In this document: piece by piece, positions 1 through 14,149 of the stretch
Layout of the letters: each line of letters opens with the position of its first letter
Numbering within the stretch: the first letter of the stretch is position 1
Assembly: GCF_006345805.1 (NCBI RefSeq)
Contig: NC_043005.1
Span: 48,608,001 to 48,672,000 of the forward strand
Direction: 5' to 3'
Source: Octopus sinensis
Taxonomy: Eukaryota
Length of the DNA stretch: 64,000 bases
Position numbers and translations under genes: made by a program
The notes under the pieces: model-generated
What the model saw: the letters and a program-made list of their open reading frames with translations, nothing else
What the model was told of the DNA's origin: nothing
Database searches by the model: none

Positions 1-784
1 GCAACTGAGCCCCGCAACCTTTGCTCATGAACTGCCTCGTGCAATCTCCCACCAACTTCATAGGAATTGTGAACGGAGATGGACGGATGTAGATAACAGT
101 GTAAACAATCTATAGACGACGAATTGACTAAATTGTTCAAACGTAGGACTATATGCTATGTGTTCATTTATTCTGGCTCCATGCACTTTGAGTTCAAATC
201 CGGCCGAGTACAAGTTTGTATTCATCGTTTCGAGACGTAATTGTTGGAGTGCCGGACGAGGTATTTGGCAGTGTTTCTTCTTGATTTTTTATGTTCTTGG
301 ATGGTATACTTAATCTATCGCCTATATAAACACTACCACCTGGTCCTTGGGTGTCTTTAGCGAAGCCTACTCAGTTGCAAGCATTCAATCCTCCCCCAAC
401 TGTCTTAGTTAAACACTACTGAAACTAGACTTGTCTTTTGTATGCAAAATATGTTCAGATAATATTTTGCTCAATCAGATCCTTTCAAGGCGTTGGCAGA
501 TTTATCGAATCAAAACTCGGGCTACGATGTTGGCCAAACTGTGTGATATGCGCGGGGTAGAACAGGCACAACACCGACTTTTCGAACATTAATGGGCAGA
601 CCAGAACCTCTTATGATCCGCACTAGTTTACGAATATGAACTTTAAATTCCCACAGCTGTCAGACTAGATTAATGGGCAGCATTGTCGCACAATACTTTG
701 TACAGTATAGTATTCATAAAATTGTATCCTTTATACTAAGGAACAGGGACCTATATTTCATTTAATTATTTTTTTATTTTTTAT

Positions 785-1158
785 TCTTTTACTTGGGTCA
801 TCCTGAAACACCACTTTAAGGGGTTTTGGTCGAACAAATAGACTCCAGCTCTTATTCTTTATAAGCTTGATGCTTATTCTATCGGTATCTTTTGCCGAAT
901 CGCTAAGTTACGGGGATGTAAACACACCAACACCGGTTGTCAAGTGATGATGGGGGACACAAACACACAAATATATACATATATGCATATATATACTACG
1001 GGCGTCTTTTAGTTTCCTTCTACCAAATCCACTCACAAGGCTTTGGTTGGCCCGAGGCTATAGTAGAAGCCACTTGCCCAAGGTGTCATGCAGTAGGACT
1101 GAACCCGGAACCATGTGGTTGGGACGCAAGTTTCTTACCACACAGCCACACCTGCGCC
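785..1158 (-). mobile_element. SINE family A copy (tRNA-derived head, internal microsatellite, LINE-like tail)
   Basis: Reverse complement matches the copy at 24926-25370 (GGCGCAGG..GGCTGTGTGGTAAG..GGTTCAGTCC..GAATAAG..GGTCGATTTG); A/B-box-like head. Confidence 0.9.
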
Positions 1159-2429
1159 TTATTTAAATAAATTTAATAATTGTGTAACTTAAAGATCACC
1201 ATTCTCGGTTCGACAAAACCAATAATTCAGAAAGGCTTTGGAACCAAAAGTTTCGAGAAATCGGTGTTGTACATGTATGTTATGAAGTGCAATGATGCTA
1301 TTGCTGTGTTTAGCCCTGATTGAGTTCTGATCGGGTAGTCTTATGGCATATCAAACGGCTAGGCATAAACCATAAATAAGTTATATCATGCCTCAACCTA
1401 ATTGAGGGCCAAAGTGCAAACCCCAACATGCAGCTTTTAAGTGCATGAAATGGTGCAGTGTGACAACCTTGATATGTATTCTCACCATTCTCTGATATAT
1501 TTCTGAGCAAAGATATATTCCAGCCATTTCCATACTGACCTTTTCTCTGATATCATACGCCTAGGAATACATAATTCCACGTGCCCTTTCTGTTATAAAA
1601 ATGTAGAGCGGCATTTAAGAGAGATTTTTAAAACTATTTCTTGCACGTCGCGCGAGACGTCACAAAGAGATTCCCTCGTTTTCCAGGAAGGAGGGCCTCA
1701 GTTATTTTTAAAATTCCAAGCACTTGGCCCTTCGCTTCTCGTAAATTTAAGCTCACATTATCCAATGTGTCCTTTCAAGTCAGTAAGGATGTGAAGGAAT
1801 TTGACAGCTATTTTAATTACCACAAAGAAGATATTGCATTAGCACGGTTTTGTTTTTATTTTGTTTTGGTGAGTGGGGACGGTTTTATTTCGATAACATG
1901 TATGTAACTCCTGACGAACCGATTTCACAGAAGCAATCCTTCACGAAGAGGGGACTCTTCTGCAGTACCCATCACAGTTTCTGGGCTCGCTTGCGTTGCA
2001 GCTGTAGTTCAAAGGTGTTGATATGCGTGCATTTGCATTGTTTTTAGCTCAAAGTCAGTCCTGATCGAACAGAACAATGATCAAAAGCATTCCATCCGTG
2101 ACCATCTCATCTTATATGCAGAGAACCTACATCACATTAACCAATGTAAACAACTGAAAGACAAGGAGTAACCTTAATAGGAAGATGGACATATCTGTCC
2201 ATCTTCGTATTAAGGTATATCTTCTAAATGAGAGCAGTACTCCACACCCTGACATGTAGTCACCTAGTAAACCGTACTAAACCGCATGTCTAGTCCAGTG
2301 GATGTCAACCATCATTTTTTACACGTAGACACCTTTAATTCCTATTTCACTCTACAAGACCCCATAACAACTCGATGCTTTAAAAAGTTCCATTATATCT
2401 TTATTATTAAATATTATTAGAAATTACAT

Positions 2430-2640
2430 TTTTTTACTTGTTTCAGTCATTTGACTGCAGCCATGCTGGAGCACCGCCTTTAGTCGAGAAAATCAACCCC
2501 AGGACTTATTCTTTGTAAGCCTAGTACTTATTCTATCGGTCTCTTTTGCTGAACCGCTAAGTGACGGGGATGTAAATACACCACCATTGGTTGTCAAGCA
2601 ATGTTGGGGGTACAAACACAGACACACAAACATATACACA

Positions 2641-2702
<62 letters not shown>

Positions 2703-2865
2703 CGACGGGCTTCTTTCAGCTTCCATCTACCAAATCCACTCACAGGGCTTTGGTCGGCCCGAGGCTATAGTAGAAGATACTTGCCCAAGGTGCGACGCAT
2801 TGAGAATGAACCCGGAACCATGTGGTTAGTAAGCAAGCTACTTACCACATAGCCACTCCTGCGCC
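2430..2865 (-). mobile_element. SINE family A, full length, near consensus
   Basis: GGCGCAGGAGTGGC head to CAGTCAAATGACTGAAACAAGTAAAA tail on the minus strand; internal (CA)n(TA)n. Confidence 0.95.
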
Positions 2866-3159
2866 TTCAAGAAATTGTTGAAATATTTTGTATATCGTAG
2901 AAGAATAACCAATTTATTACACAAATTTTAGCAACAAAATCTTATATGGACCCCCAAGAGTCATATAGACCCCAATTAAAAACTACATCCTTTTCTTAAA
3001 AACCTAAAGATTACGGTCGTAGTCAAAGTGAAGGTGGCTGAGACGGATTCTGCCGAAACGCGACACGTTGCTGTTCCTCTGCATTTACTGTTGGCGATGT
3101 GTCACACGACACACTGTCTAGGGCCAGTGTGTCTATTAATGATTTAACAGTTGTCCCTC

Positions 3160-3524
3160 TGTATAGGTGCATGGGGTAGAATATTCTTCAGTGATCTGGA
3201 ACAGCATGTCGTGAAGTTCTTGTAGGGCTCTGCCAACTCTTTATAAGAAGTGAAGATTTTACAGTTGTTTGTTGCGATGTTGGATTCAAGCTGTGGTTTA
3301 ATAAACAGTTATATGCTGCAGTGTCATATAAAGCTGATATAACATCATATAATGTATACGTGGAATGGTGTAGAATACTGTTCTGTGATGTGGAACAGCA
3401 TGTGAAGTTTTGTACAGGGCTCTACTATCGCTTTATAAGAAATGAATTAATTTGAGGTGGTTTGTCACGATGTTGGATATAGGCATTGGTTTCATAAACA
3501 GTTGTATGTTGAAATGTCATATAA
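3160..3524. repeat. Diverged tandem duplication, about 193-bp period
   Basis: ATGGGGTAGAATATTCTTCAGTGATCTGGAACAGCATG at 3171 recurs as ATGGTGTAGAATACTGTTCTGTGATGTGGAACAGCATG at 3365; GTCATATAA ends both units (3331, 3524). Confidence 0.85.
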
Positions 3525-3729
3525 TGTTTATAATGACCGCGAACTGGCAGAATCGGTTCCACGCCGAGCAGAATGTTCTGAGTTCAAATGCCCTCCAAGT
3601 TGATTTTGCTGTTCGTCCTCTCAAGGCCGATTAGCGACCACCCGCAAAATGGTAGGCATTGTGCCTATAGTATAAAGAATTATGATATAATCATCATATA
3701 ATGATTTAATAATGTTATAATCATATCAC

Positions 3730-3990
3730 GGGATCATGGTATCGACCAGACTATCGGATGTTGCTAAACATCGCTGGTCACAGTGCACTTCGCTTCGTTT
3801 TAACTTTCGAATGATGCTCCCCCGCTGGCTAGGCAAGCAAGCCAACATTCCCCTGATTGGAAGGCTAGTCAGTCGCATGGTTAGCATTTAAAGCTGAGTG
3901 GGCTGGAGCAAGTGTTTCGCTCAAGAACATAATGCGCAGCCAGTCTAAGAATCCAACTTGAGTGCAAGTCTCCTTAATAACTAGACCACG
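3730..3990 (-). mobile_element. Degenerate SINE-like element of another family (related fragment at about 11735-11790)
   Basis: GAATGATGCT..CCGCTGGC.AGGCAAGCA.GCCAACATTCCC is shared with 11737-11785; contains a GCTCAAG..CA box typical of SINE cores. Confidence 0.55.
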
Positions 3991-4554
3991 CGCCTTTTCT
4001 CTGATATAATGATATATAATTCTGTATATCCAGAATAAAGAGTTATTATATAATATGGTACGGTGCACTGTGCCCGGACCGAAAATGACCGAATTATTAA
4101 GCAGTTCGATTTGCAATTACGTGATCAAAAGTTCGATCCTACCGCTAGGCATTTTGAGCAAGTGTCTTTTAAACCACGGCCTCAGTGGATCCAAGCTTTG
4201 TGAGAAAATTCAGGAAGATAAAAAACTATGTGACAGCTCATCAGATGGATTGTACCCATAAATCAAAGACGCAACATTCTTATGCGCTGCAACATACTGG
4301 TTCTATCTTAGAATAACGTTAAAGATACACACGGTATACACAGCCACTTTACACTAATTTAATGAGCAGATCGTTCAGTTGACTGAACAACTGAATACTT
4401 CATGTTGAAACTGATGGAAATCCGTTTGCTGTGATGTACAGTGGAATACTGTCCTGCTCTCCGTTAGAGTGTCTAAACAGTCTACAACAGTTTGATGTAC
4501 CTTAACATGACATGATGCGGCATATGATGATACATTTCACTGTGCTATTGCTCA

Positions 4555-5125
4555 CAATAGTATGTCTGCCGCTACGTTGTGAGTTCAAATTCCGCCGAGG
4601 TCGACTTTGCCTTTCATCCATTCGGGGTCAGTTAAATAAGTACCAGTTACGCACTGGGGTCGATATAATCGACTTAATCCGTTTGTCTGTCCTTGTTTGT
4701 CCCCTCTGTGTGTAGCCCCTTGTGGGCAATAAAGAAATAAGAAACGTTAGCACGCCAGTCGAAATGCTTAGCGGTATTTCGTCTGCCGCTACGTTCTGAG
4801 TTCAAATTCCCCTGAGGTCGACATTGCCTTTCATCCTTTCGGAGTCGATTGAATAAGTACCAGTCAAGCACTGGGGCCGATATAATCGACTTAATCCGTT
4901 TGTCTGTCCTTGTTTGTCCCCTCTATGTTTAGCACCTTGTGGGTAATAAAGAAACAGATATTTCGTCAGCCACTACGTTCTGAGTTCAAATTCCGCCGAG
5001 GTCGACTTTGCCTTTCATCCTTTCGGGGTCGATAAAATAAGTACCAGTTGCGTACTGGCGTCCATCTTATCGACTGGCCCCCTCCGCAAAGATTTCGGGC
5101 CTTGTGTCTAGAGTAGAAAAGAAAT
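4555..5125 (+). mobile_element. SINE family B, head-to-tail trimer
   Basis: Three successive GAGTTCAAATTCC..GAGGTCGAC(T/A)TTGCCTTTCATCC..GGTCGA..AAGTACCAG units (about 4560, 4741, 4956). Confidence 0.93.
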
Positions 5126-5439
5126 AGCAACCGCAAACAGACATACAAGTAAACTCACACGCATGTAAGGAAACTAAAAATTGGATGAGTGTGTGTATGC
5201 ATGTATGGTTATATATGTTTTTGTACATGACGTCTGAATGTGTTTGTGTGTGTACGAGTGCGTGCGCATGTGTGTGAGTTGGAATTAGCAGTGGCAAAAT
5301 CGTGTCTTAAGGGCATAGAAAAGTATACAAAAGAAAGAGGAAAGAAGCAAATGAAAGAATTTTAACAGAAACACTGAAAGAACAAATGAGACTAAATCAA
5401 TAAATGGATGAGACATGGATATGGATAGATGTGCATTAC

Positions 5440-5553
5440 TTATTGCATGTATGTATGTATGTATGTATGTATGTATGTAGGCATACCTTTATGTAAGAAC
5501 ATATATACAAATGTATGCATTTGGAAATACATACATATAACATATGTGTACAC

Positions 5554-5584
<31 letters not shown>

Positions 5585-5648
5585 GAGCACCAATGGGCGA
5601 AACTGTCGGGCTCTCGGCCCTTGAGCTACTCTGTTCTGCCGATAATTC

Positions 5649-5719
<71 letters not shown>

Positions 5720-5739
5720 AGATATATATATATAGATAT

Positions 5740-5798
<59 letters not shown>

Positions 5799-5897
5799 CA
5801 TACATACATACATACATACATATATTATATATGTATATATTTATATATGTATATATAGATATATAATATATATGTATGTATATATATATATATATAT

Positions 5898-5930
<33 letters not shown>

Positions 5931-5932
5931 TG

Positions 5933-5973
<41 letters not shown>

Positions 5974-6053
5974 ATGTCTTGAGTTTTATTTCCTTTTGCA
6001 CCATCAAGCTTATATATATGTACATACATACAGACAGACACAGACACAAACAC

Positions 6054-6084
<31 letters not shown>

Positions 6085-6374
6085 CATACATACAAACATA
6101 CATACATAAGAGTTATGCTTGTATTTACACACACACACACATAGCTGTATACAAAATACGTAAATAAAAAAGACGTGCATGTATGTACACATATTCAAAT
6201 GATGTTACGTTTTAAGTTTCTTCAAAAGGAATACTCGTGTTACTGTGAGTGGTAGCAAAATTTATCCCAGTTCTACCAACACCTTCCTATCTTGTGCCCA
6301 ACTCTTTTTTCTGTGAGTGGGTGTTTTTTTGCTTTTTTAAAGGCAAATGTGTGTTCATATACACATATACATAC

Positions 6375-6421
<47 letters not shown>

Positions 6422-6530
6422 CATACATACATATATATATATATATGCATGTATGTATGCATTTATGTGCGTACGTATGCAGTATGCATGTATATAAGTA
6501 TGTGTGTATGTATGTAAGCATCTATGTATG
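5440..6530. repeat. Compound microsatellite block (TATG, TA, GATA, TACA, GA)
   Basis: Direct inspection. Confidence 0.95.
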
Positions 6531-7079
6531 TGTTGTTAATGGTGGAGGGAATATGGAATGAAAGAATAAATAAATGAACGCTGGGAATAATGATGAGGAA
6601 ACGAAAGAAGAAAGAAAGAAACAAACAAACAATAAATAGGAAGAAACTATAAAGAAAGCCTGAGATGGATAGACAGAGAACTATAAAGGGAGGAGACCAA
6701 AGACAGAAAGAGACACAGAGAGAGAAAGGAAGATAGAGTTTATGTCATAGACAGACAGTGAGGATAAAAGGGAGATGTGCGTAAGGCAGAGAGAAGCTGA
6801 GAAATTGGCAGTGGTCAACGGACAACGGACAACGGACAGTGGAAATAGTGGACATAGTGGACAACAACACATGGACAATATGAAAGTGAGGTGGGCAAGC
6901 AGGGTAGCGGGGAGAGGAAGATAAAAACATAAGCACGGTATGTATGTTAATGCCTGCTTGAATGTTGTATAGGTTGTGTGCTGTCTTGTGTGAGAGTATG
7001 AGTGAGCATGTACGAGTTTCCCTATGATGCGCATGTGTGCTTGTGTAAGGTGAAGTCGCATCCATGAATGTATATGTGC

Positions 7080-7302
7080 ACGTATGTAAGTACATATATA
7101 TATGTGTCTGTGTGTGTGTGTGGGTGGGTGTGTCTCTCACACTCTTTACACGCGCACGCACACACACACACACACCTATATATATATAAATGCATACGTA
7201 TGTGCGTTTATGTGAGTGCATGAAGTAGACAGACAGACAAGCAGACATACACACAGACAGACACACAGTCATACTGACAGACAGACAGACAGACAGACAG
7301 AC

Positions 7303-7394
<92 letters not shown>

Positions 7395-7472
7395 GGCTGG
7401 ATGGATGGATGGATGGATGGATGAATAGATAGATAGACAGACAGATAGATAGATAGATAGATAGATGATAGA

Positions 7473-7504
<32 letters not shown>

Positions 7505-7637
7505 TAGAGGTATCGCTGTATGCATATGTCGATATCTGTATACGTATGTTTATATGCTTTTTGCATGCATAATTTGTATAGGTGTGATTGTATGCAAGTG
7601 CATACGTGTATGGGTGTATGTATATCTATATATATAT

Positions 7638-7683
<46 letters not shown>

Positions 7684-8095
7684 TATCTATCTCTATATAT
7701 TATATATATATATGCATATATATATGTACATCTATCCATCCATCCATCCATACATACATACATACATACATACATACATGCATACATACATACATGCATA
7801 CATACATACATGCATACATACATACATGCATACATACATACATACATACATGCATACATACATACATGCATACATACATGCATACATACATACATAACAT
7901 ACATACATACATGCATACATACATACATACATGCATACATACAAACATATAGAGATGTGTGCCTGTGTAGGTGTTTAGATAGTAAGTACACATGCATGGA
8001 TGCTTGTGGCAAAGCATATCAACGTGTATGTGTGTGTGTGTGTGTGTGCGCGTGTGTGTGTGCGCGTGTGTGTATGTGGTGTGTGTGTGTGTGTG

Positions 8096-8130
<35 letters not shown>

Positions 8131-8282
8131 AGAGAGTATATGCGTTTGTGGCTTTTGTCTTATGCGTGCAAGTGGTACACATTTATGTTTGAATGCATGT
8201 CACTATGAACGTTTGGCTGACATGTATGCGTACTTACGCTTGTGTATAAGCTTTCGCATGCATATCTAAGTACGTTATAGAC

Positions 8283-8362
<80 letters not shown>

Positions 8363-8375
8363 GTACATGCATGCA
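7080..8375. repeat. Compound microsatellite block (GACA/GATA/GATG, TA, TACA/TGCA, TG)
   Basis: Direct inspection. Confidence 0.95.
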
Positions 8376-8608
8376 TAGTCATTATACAGCGACCATGCTG
8401 AGGCATCGCCTTGAAACATTTTAGTCGAAGAAATAAACCCCAAAACTTATATTTTTTTCTAGCATGGTATTAATTCTATCGGTTCCTTTTGCCGAACCAC
8501 TAATTTACGAGGATGTAAACACACCAACACCGGTCGTCAAACGATGGCGGGGAACTACCACACATACAAAGCAGACATATACATATAAATAAATAAATAT
8601 ATATGTCC

Positions 8609-8651
<43 letters not shown>

Positions 8652-8657
8652 ATATAT

Positions 8658-8689
<32 letters not shown>

Positions 8690-8698
8690 ATATTACAC

Positions 8699-8730
<32 letters not shown>

Positions 8731-8996
8731 ATATATCTATACACATATACATATATATATATAGATATAAAATTATATATATAATATATATATATATATA
8801 ATAATATATATATATAATATATATATTATATATATATCTATATATATATAATATATATATATATATATACATAATATATATATATATATATATACACGAC
8901 GAGCTTCTTTCAGTTTCCTGCTGCCAAATCCATTCACCAAGGCTTTCGTCGGCCCGCGACTATAGTACGAGACACTAACCTTAGGTGGCACACAGA
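8376..8996 (-). mobile_element. SINE family A split by a >300-bp internal (TA/CA) expansion
   Basis: 3' half at 8376-8580 and 5' part at 8896-8996 are in the same orientation and collinear. Confidence 0.85.
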
Positions 8997-9649
8997 GTAT
9001 ATATATATATATGCATATATATATATATATATATATACATATATACATATATATGCGTGTGTAAATGTATCTATTTACAGACAGAATGTATACATATACA
9101 AGTGTGGTGCATATATAAATGTCTCTATATGTATGTGTGTGTAGGTGTGTGTGTGTGTGTGTTTATGTTCTAGATCTATGGGTTTGTCTTTAAGCGTTTA
9201 TGTTTGCAAGTGTCCCCCACTCTACTTCAGCATCACAGCAACCAAGGGGTCTCCATGTTATCGTTCGACAGGCTAGAAATAACAGCCAAATCTCTCTCCC
9301 CTCTCTCTCCCCTTTCTATCTGTCTCTCTCTCTCACTCTTTATTTCTATCTTGCTTCCTTTCTTCCTTTTAAAATACAGCCCTGCCATCGTTTTATAGAA
9401 ACGTAAGTACATTTTAGATATTAGAATTTTTTAAATAAACTACGTTTGAAACGAAAGATAACCAAGGCCGGAACAGGTTTGATGAGAAGTGAGCTTGAGT
9501 GGGGCTGACAAAATGGCAAACAATATCAGTAATAACATATTTGCATAAAATATATTAATGTTAAAGAATATAAAAATTTTTAATTCCCCAGGTTTTAATC
9601 CACCTTTAGCTAACAATTTATCCATGATATGGTAACTGTTGTGTTGATT

Positions 9650-9660
9650 GTGTATGCATG

Positions 9661-9694
<34 letters not shown>

Positions 9695-9877
9695 TGTATG
9701 TATGAATGTATGAATGTATGAATGTATGTATGCATGTATGTATCTATGTATGTATGAATGTATGTATGTATGTATGTATGAATGTATGTATGTATGTATG
9801 TATGTATGTATGTATGTATGTATGAATGTATGTGCATGTTTGTATGTATATATGTATGAATGTATAGATAGATAGAC

Positions 9878-9961
<84 letters not shown>

Positions 9962-10099
9962 GTGTGCATATAGAAAAAGAGAAAGACAAACAGAAATGAA
10001 GAAGAGAAGATGAGAAGTGATAGGTGTTTGTTTTTACATATATATGTGGAGGAGTGTAAAGAATAAATATATATGCATACGTTTGTATATATATACATA

Positions 10100-10196
<97 letters not shown>

Positions 10197-10325
10197 ATAA
10201 ATATGCATAAATATATATACACACACCACATACACACATAAAGAATGGAAAAATGAGCAATCAAGAAAAAAGTGGAAGTGCATTGTGACCAGCGATGTAT
10301 ATGCACACACACACACACACACACA

Positions 10326-10359
<34 letters not shown>

Positions 10360-10613
10360 CACGAACACACGCATACACGTTTATGTATTTTATGTATATG
10401 CGCATGAGTGTAGCGGGTAGAGGAAGGAAAGACAGACAGACACAGAGAAGCAAACAGATAGACAGACAGACAGCAGACACAAGCAGATATGTGTTGTGAT
10501 TGTGGGAAAACACTTAGCACCACTTACCTAAAACTTCATGTTTATGTAAGGATTCATCATCGTCACAGGCAAAAACATATACATATATATAATATATATA
10601 TATACATATATAT

Positions 10614-10676
<63 letters not shown>

Positions 10677-10760
10677 TATGTATGTATGTATGATGTATGT
10701 ATGTATGTATGTATGTATGTATATATGTGTGTGTATGTATATGTGTAGTGAGAGACGATG
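9650..10760. repeat. Compound microsatellite block (TATG/GAAT, GATA, TA, CA)
   Basis: Direct inspection. Confidence 0.95.
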
Positions 10761-11168
10761 GAATAGAATTGCAGACAACGATAGAGCACCCTACAACGAT
10801 ATCATCTCGAATTTCTCATATCATCCATTATGCTTCCTCAGATTTCCATAAATTAAAAACCAGGTGCGTACAAAAGGGCACTTCAATCAACTGTACCCTC
10901 TTTACCTAAAATTCTGTTATTCTGTTTGCCTTTTTCTACAATGCAAGGAAGAATCATTACAATTATATTGTGGCGGCAAGTTTATCCGGTGAACATTATC
11001 ACATTCGGGGCAACTCAGTGCCCCATTGGGGCTTTAAGGGAACGCTTTTAACCAATTACGGCAGGCCTTGTAACCCCATTTTGTGGAAGTTCTAATTTCC
11101 TGAATAATCCTGTTTTATCGAATGTGACTTACATATATGTATGCATTTTAGATAATTGGTTATCTTGC

Positions 11169-11379
11169 ACTTGCTTCAGTCTTAGACTGCGGCCATGCTG
11201 GGGTACCACCTTGAAGAATTCCTAGTCGAACGAATTGACCCCGGTGCCTTTTCTTTGCTTTTAAGCCTAGTACTCGTTCTATCTTTCTCTCTTCCTGAAA
11301 CGTTAAATTACGGGGCCATAAAACTCACTAACACCGGTTGTCAAACGATGGTGAGGCACAAAGACACACACACACACAC

Positions 11380-11416
<37 letters not shown>

Positions 11417-11553
11417 GCTTCTTTCAGTTTCCATCTACCTAATTCGCCCACAAGGCTTTAGTCGGACCAAGGCTGTAGTAGAAGACAATTGACCAAGTTA
11501 CCATGCAGTGGGGCTGAACCCAGAACCATGTGGTTCTTACTATACGGCCACAC
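11169..11553 (-). mobile_element. SINE family A copy
   Basis: Collinear match to family A, including the tail hairpin CAGTC-TAA-GACTG. Confidence 0.88.
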
Positions 11554-11974
11554 CAGTTTTTTTTTTTATCCTGTGTTTTTACAATAGGGGTGAGCATGAC
11601 TGTGCGCTTAATTAAGAAGCTGGTTTGTAGCCACTGTGTTTCGTGTTCTGTTCCACTGAGCTGCACATTCAGCAAAGGATCTCCTCCTATAGATTAATGT
11701 TTTCTGAGCAAATTATGTCCATGTAAACTTTCTAAATTGAATGATGCTGGCCCGCTGGCAAGGCAAGCAGGCCAACATTCCCTCTCCCGATCATAAAGGT
11801 CATCCGAGTGTGTCTGTGTGTGTGTGTGTGAAGGCAAGTAGCCTAGTGTGTCTTTGTGTTGGTATTTGTCACACCCCTACCCCATCGCTTGACAATCGAA
11901 GTTAGAAAGCTAACTACAATAATGATTCGAAACCTGCTCTCAATCTCGATATCCCGGTAGATTAATAGCTTCTG

Positions 11975-12171
11975 TTTTAGGCACAAGGCCGCCAATTTTT
12001 AGAAGAGGCGAGTATTACTCGACACCAATGACCCAGCACTTCATTGTTAGCTTGATTTATCGACACCGTAAGGATAAAAGGCGAGTTTTACATGTGTCTG
12101 AATTAAACCTCAGAACTTATACGGCAACGTCAATTTGTCTGACGATCACATAATCTTGCCAGCTCGCCACC
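11975..12171 (-). mobile_element. SINE family B, degenerate
   Basis: GGTGGCGAGCTGGCAAG head and a degenerate core on the minus strand. Confidence 0.75.
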
Positions 12172-12642
12172 TCAGTATGCTAAAAGAAAAAATGAGACTA
12201 ACTACGAATTATTAGAAACCTAAAACTTTGAATACACATATATACATTTCTATATCTAAAGGAGATAAGCAAATGAAGCAAAAAAAGTACAAAGAAAACA
12301 TATCAGGAAAGCGTATTCTGTTGGTTAAACACTATGCGTTCTGACTTCAGAAACCGCCGAGAACAACTTTTTTCTTCCAGCATTTCGAGGTCGATAAAAT
12401 AAAGTTCTAGTCAAGAAAATGAAGAAAAATAGAAGAGATGAAAGTGGAGATGAAATATATAAAAATTAAGTAAATTTCTCTCTGGTCATTATTCTTTAAA
12501 TCCATGCGATTACATTAAAAAATTTCAGTTCTCTGAATCATTCTTTAGCAAACTACCAAGCAAGATAGATAGATAGATAGATAGACAGATAGAGAAGTAA
12601 AATGAAATTAAATGAAACAACAAGAAATATAGAAAGAAAACA

Positions 12643-12757
12643 GACGGGCTGTGTAGTAAGCAGTTTGCTTCCCAACCACATGGTCATTGTGCCCTGGCCA
12701 ACCCACTCAAAGCCTTCGGGGAGGATTTGATCGCCGGAAACTGAAAGAAGCTTGTCT

Positions 12758-12793
<36 letters not shown>

Positions 12794-13077
12794 TCCGCAA
12801 CACAAAATTACGGGAGCGTAAACAAACCAACACTGGAGGTGAGGGACAAACCGAAACACATATACACTTATCGTTGTGCTTCTGTTTATCTCCTACCTCC
12901 GCTTGACAATCGGTGTTGGGTTTTTTACGTCCCTGTAATCTAATGTTTCGGCAATAGAGACCGATAGAATAAGTACCAGACTTTAAAAGAATAAGTCCTG
13001 GAGACGATATTTTTCGACTAAATTCTTCAAGGCGGTACCATAGCATGGCCATCGTCCAGTGGCTGAAACAAATAAAG
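12643..13077 (+). mobile_element. SINE family A copy, diverged
   Basis: GGGCTGTGTAGTAAGCAGTTTGCTTCCCAACCACATGG head; GATAGAATAAGTACCAG..GGCGGTACCATAGCATGGCC tail. Confidence 0.85.
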
Positions 13078-14149
13078 TATAGGGGGCACGAGATAACTAG
13101 ATAAAAAAGAAGACAGAAAGCTCAGAAAGAAATGAAAGGGGAAAAAAAGAAATAGAAGATAGGTGAGAAGAAAAATACAATATTAAGTTGGACAAATTTA
13201 CAATCCACCATATGTCCAAAATATTGATATATACGGATTTTTACGGTGTTCGCAATTAGTGCTACCCAAGCAATCCTATATACAGTGTTAATCAGTGGCG
13301 CATGATGATTGTTGTATTGAGTGTGCTGCCACACCCAGTGCTACCAAATTTCAAGCAGGGGTATAACAAAAGTTTTCCATTAAGATTTGTGATTGAATTA
13401 ATGAATAAGGTTTATATTTATGATGAATTCGTTGGATGTGCAGCGCACACCGAGCACATCCGGTATATACGCCCCTGGGGCTAATATGATAAAACAGGTG
13501 TTAGAGTGTCTTACTCCCCTGAAATATTTCTTATGAAGTGTTACAAAGCGAGTTGGGAGAAATACTCACTCAACCATCTTGAGTCAATGTGATGTGGTGA
13601 TTTAAGGTCCGGCTGCACCAGCCAAACCATGAATTTTCTTATTTCCCCAGTTTTTTTTTACGTAAACTATATGTCCCAGTCAGAGGAGGAAGCACATAAC
13701 TATTGTTTTACAGGATCTCCTAGACAGGAAGGAAGGAAGGAAAGAAGGAAGCAAGGAATGAAGAGACGAATGAACGGAAGAATGAAACTATCCCATAATC
13801 GGAGAGCTGGTCCAAATACTTGCAACGAAGTAGGCGCCCGATAAAAACCACTTAAGAACCAGATCAAGATATTGAATTGGACGATGGGTTAAGTTAAAAT
13901 ATGCAGATATGTGAATAAGTCTACATGCATTCGTTTGATAAATAAAAGATCAACCTCGCTGAGTAAATAGACCCCATTGTCAAATTCGAAGGTTCTTCGT
14001 CAATGCATGACGAAGCTCCTCAGGTTTGAACTGGAAATGGTCAACTTAATCAAGAGTAACTTCTCGTGTTTGCATTACACACACACAGTGATAGAGAAGA
14101 GAGAAGAAAAAGAGGTAGAAGAGGAAGCAGATTATGGTTCCTTATTTTT

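Noticed and set aside
4555-5125. Repeat-spacer appearance suggesting a CRISPR-like array
   Set aside because: The units are about 200-bp SINE multimers in a eukaryotic context, with no short repeats with unique spacers and no cas genes.
5436-10851. Dozens of long ORFs rich in IY, HT, CV, LS and YV repeats (also throughout 34586-39562 and 44000-47146)
   Set aside because: They are translations of TA, CA, TACA and GATA microsatellites, which lack stop codons in some frames.
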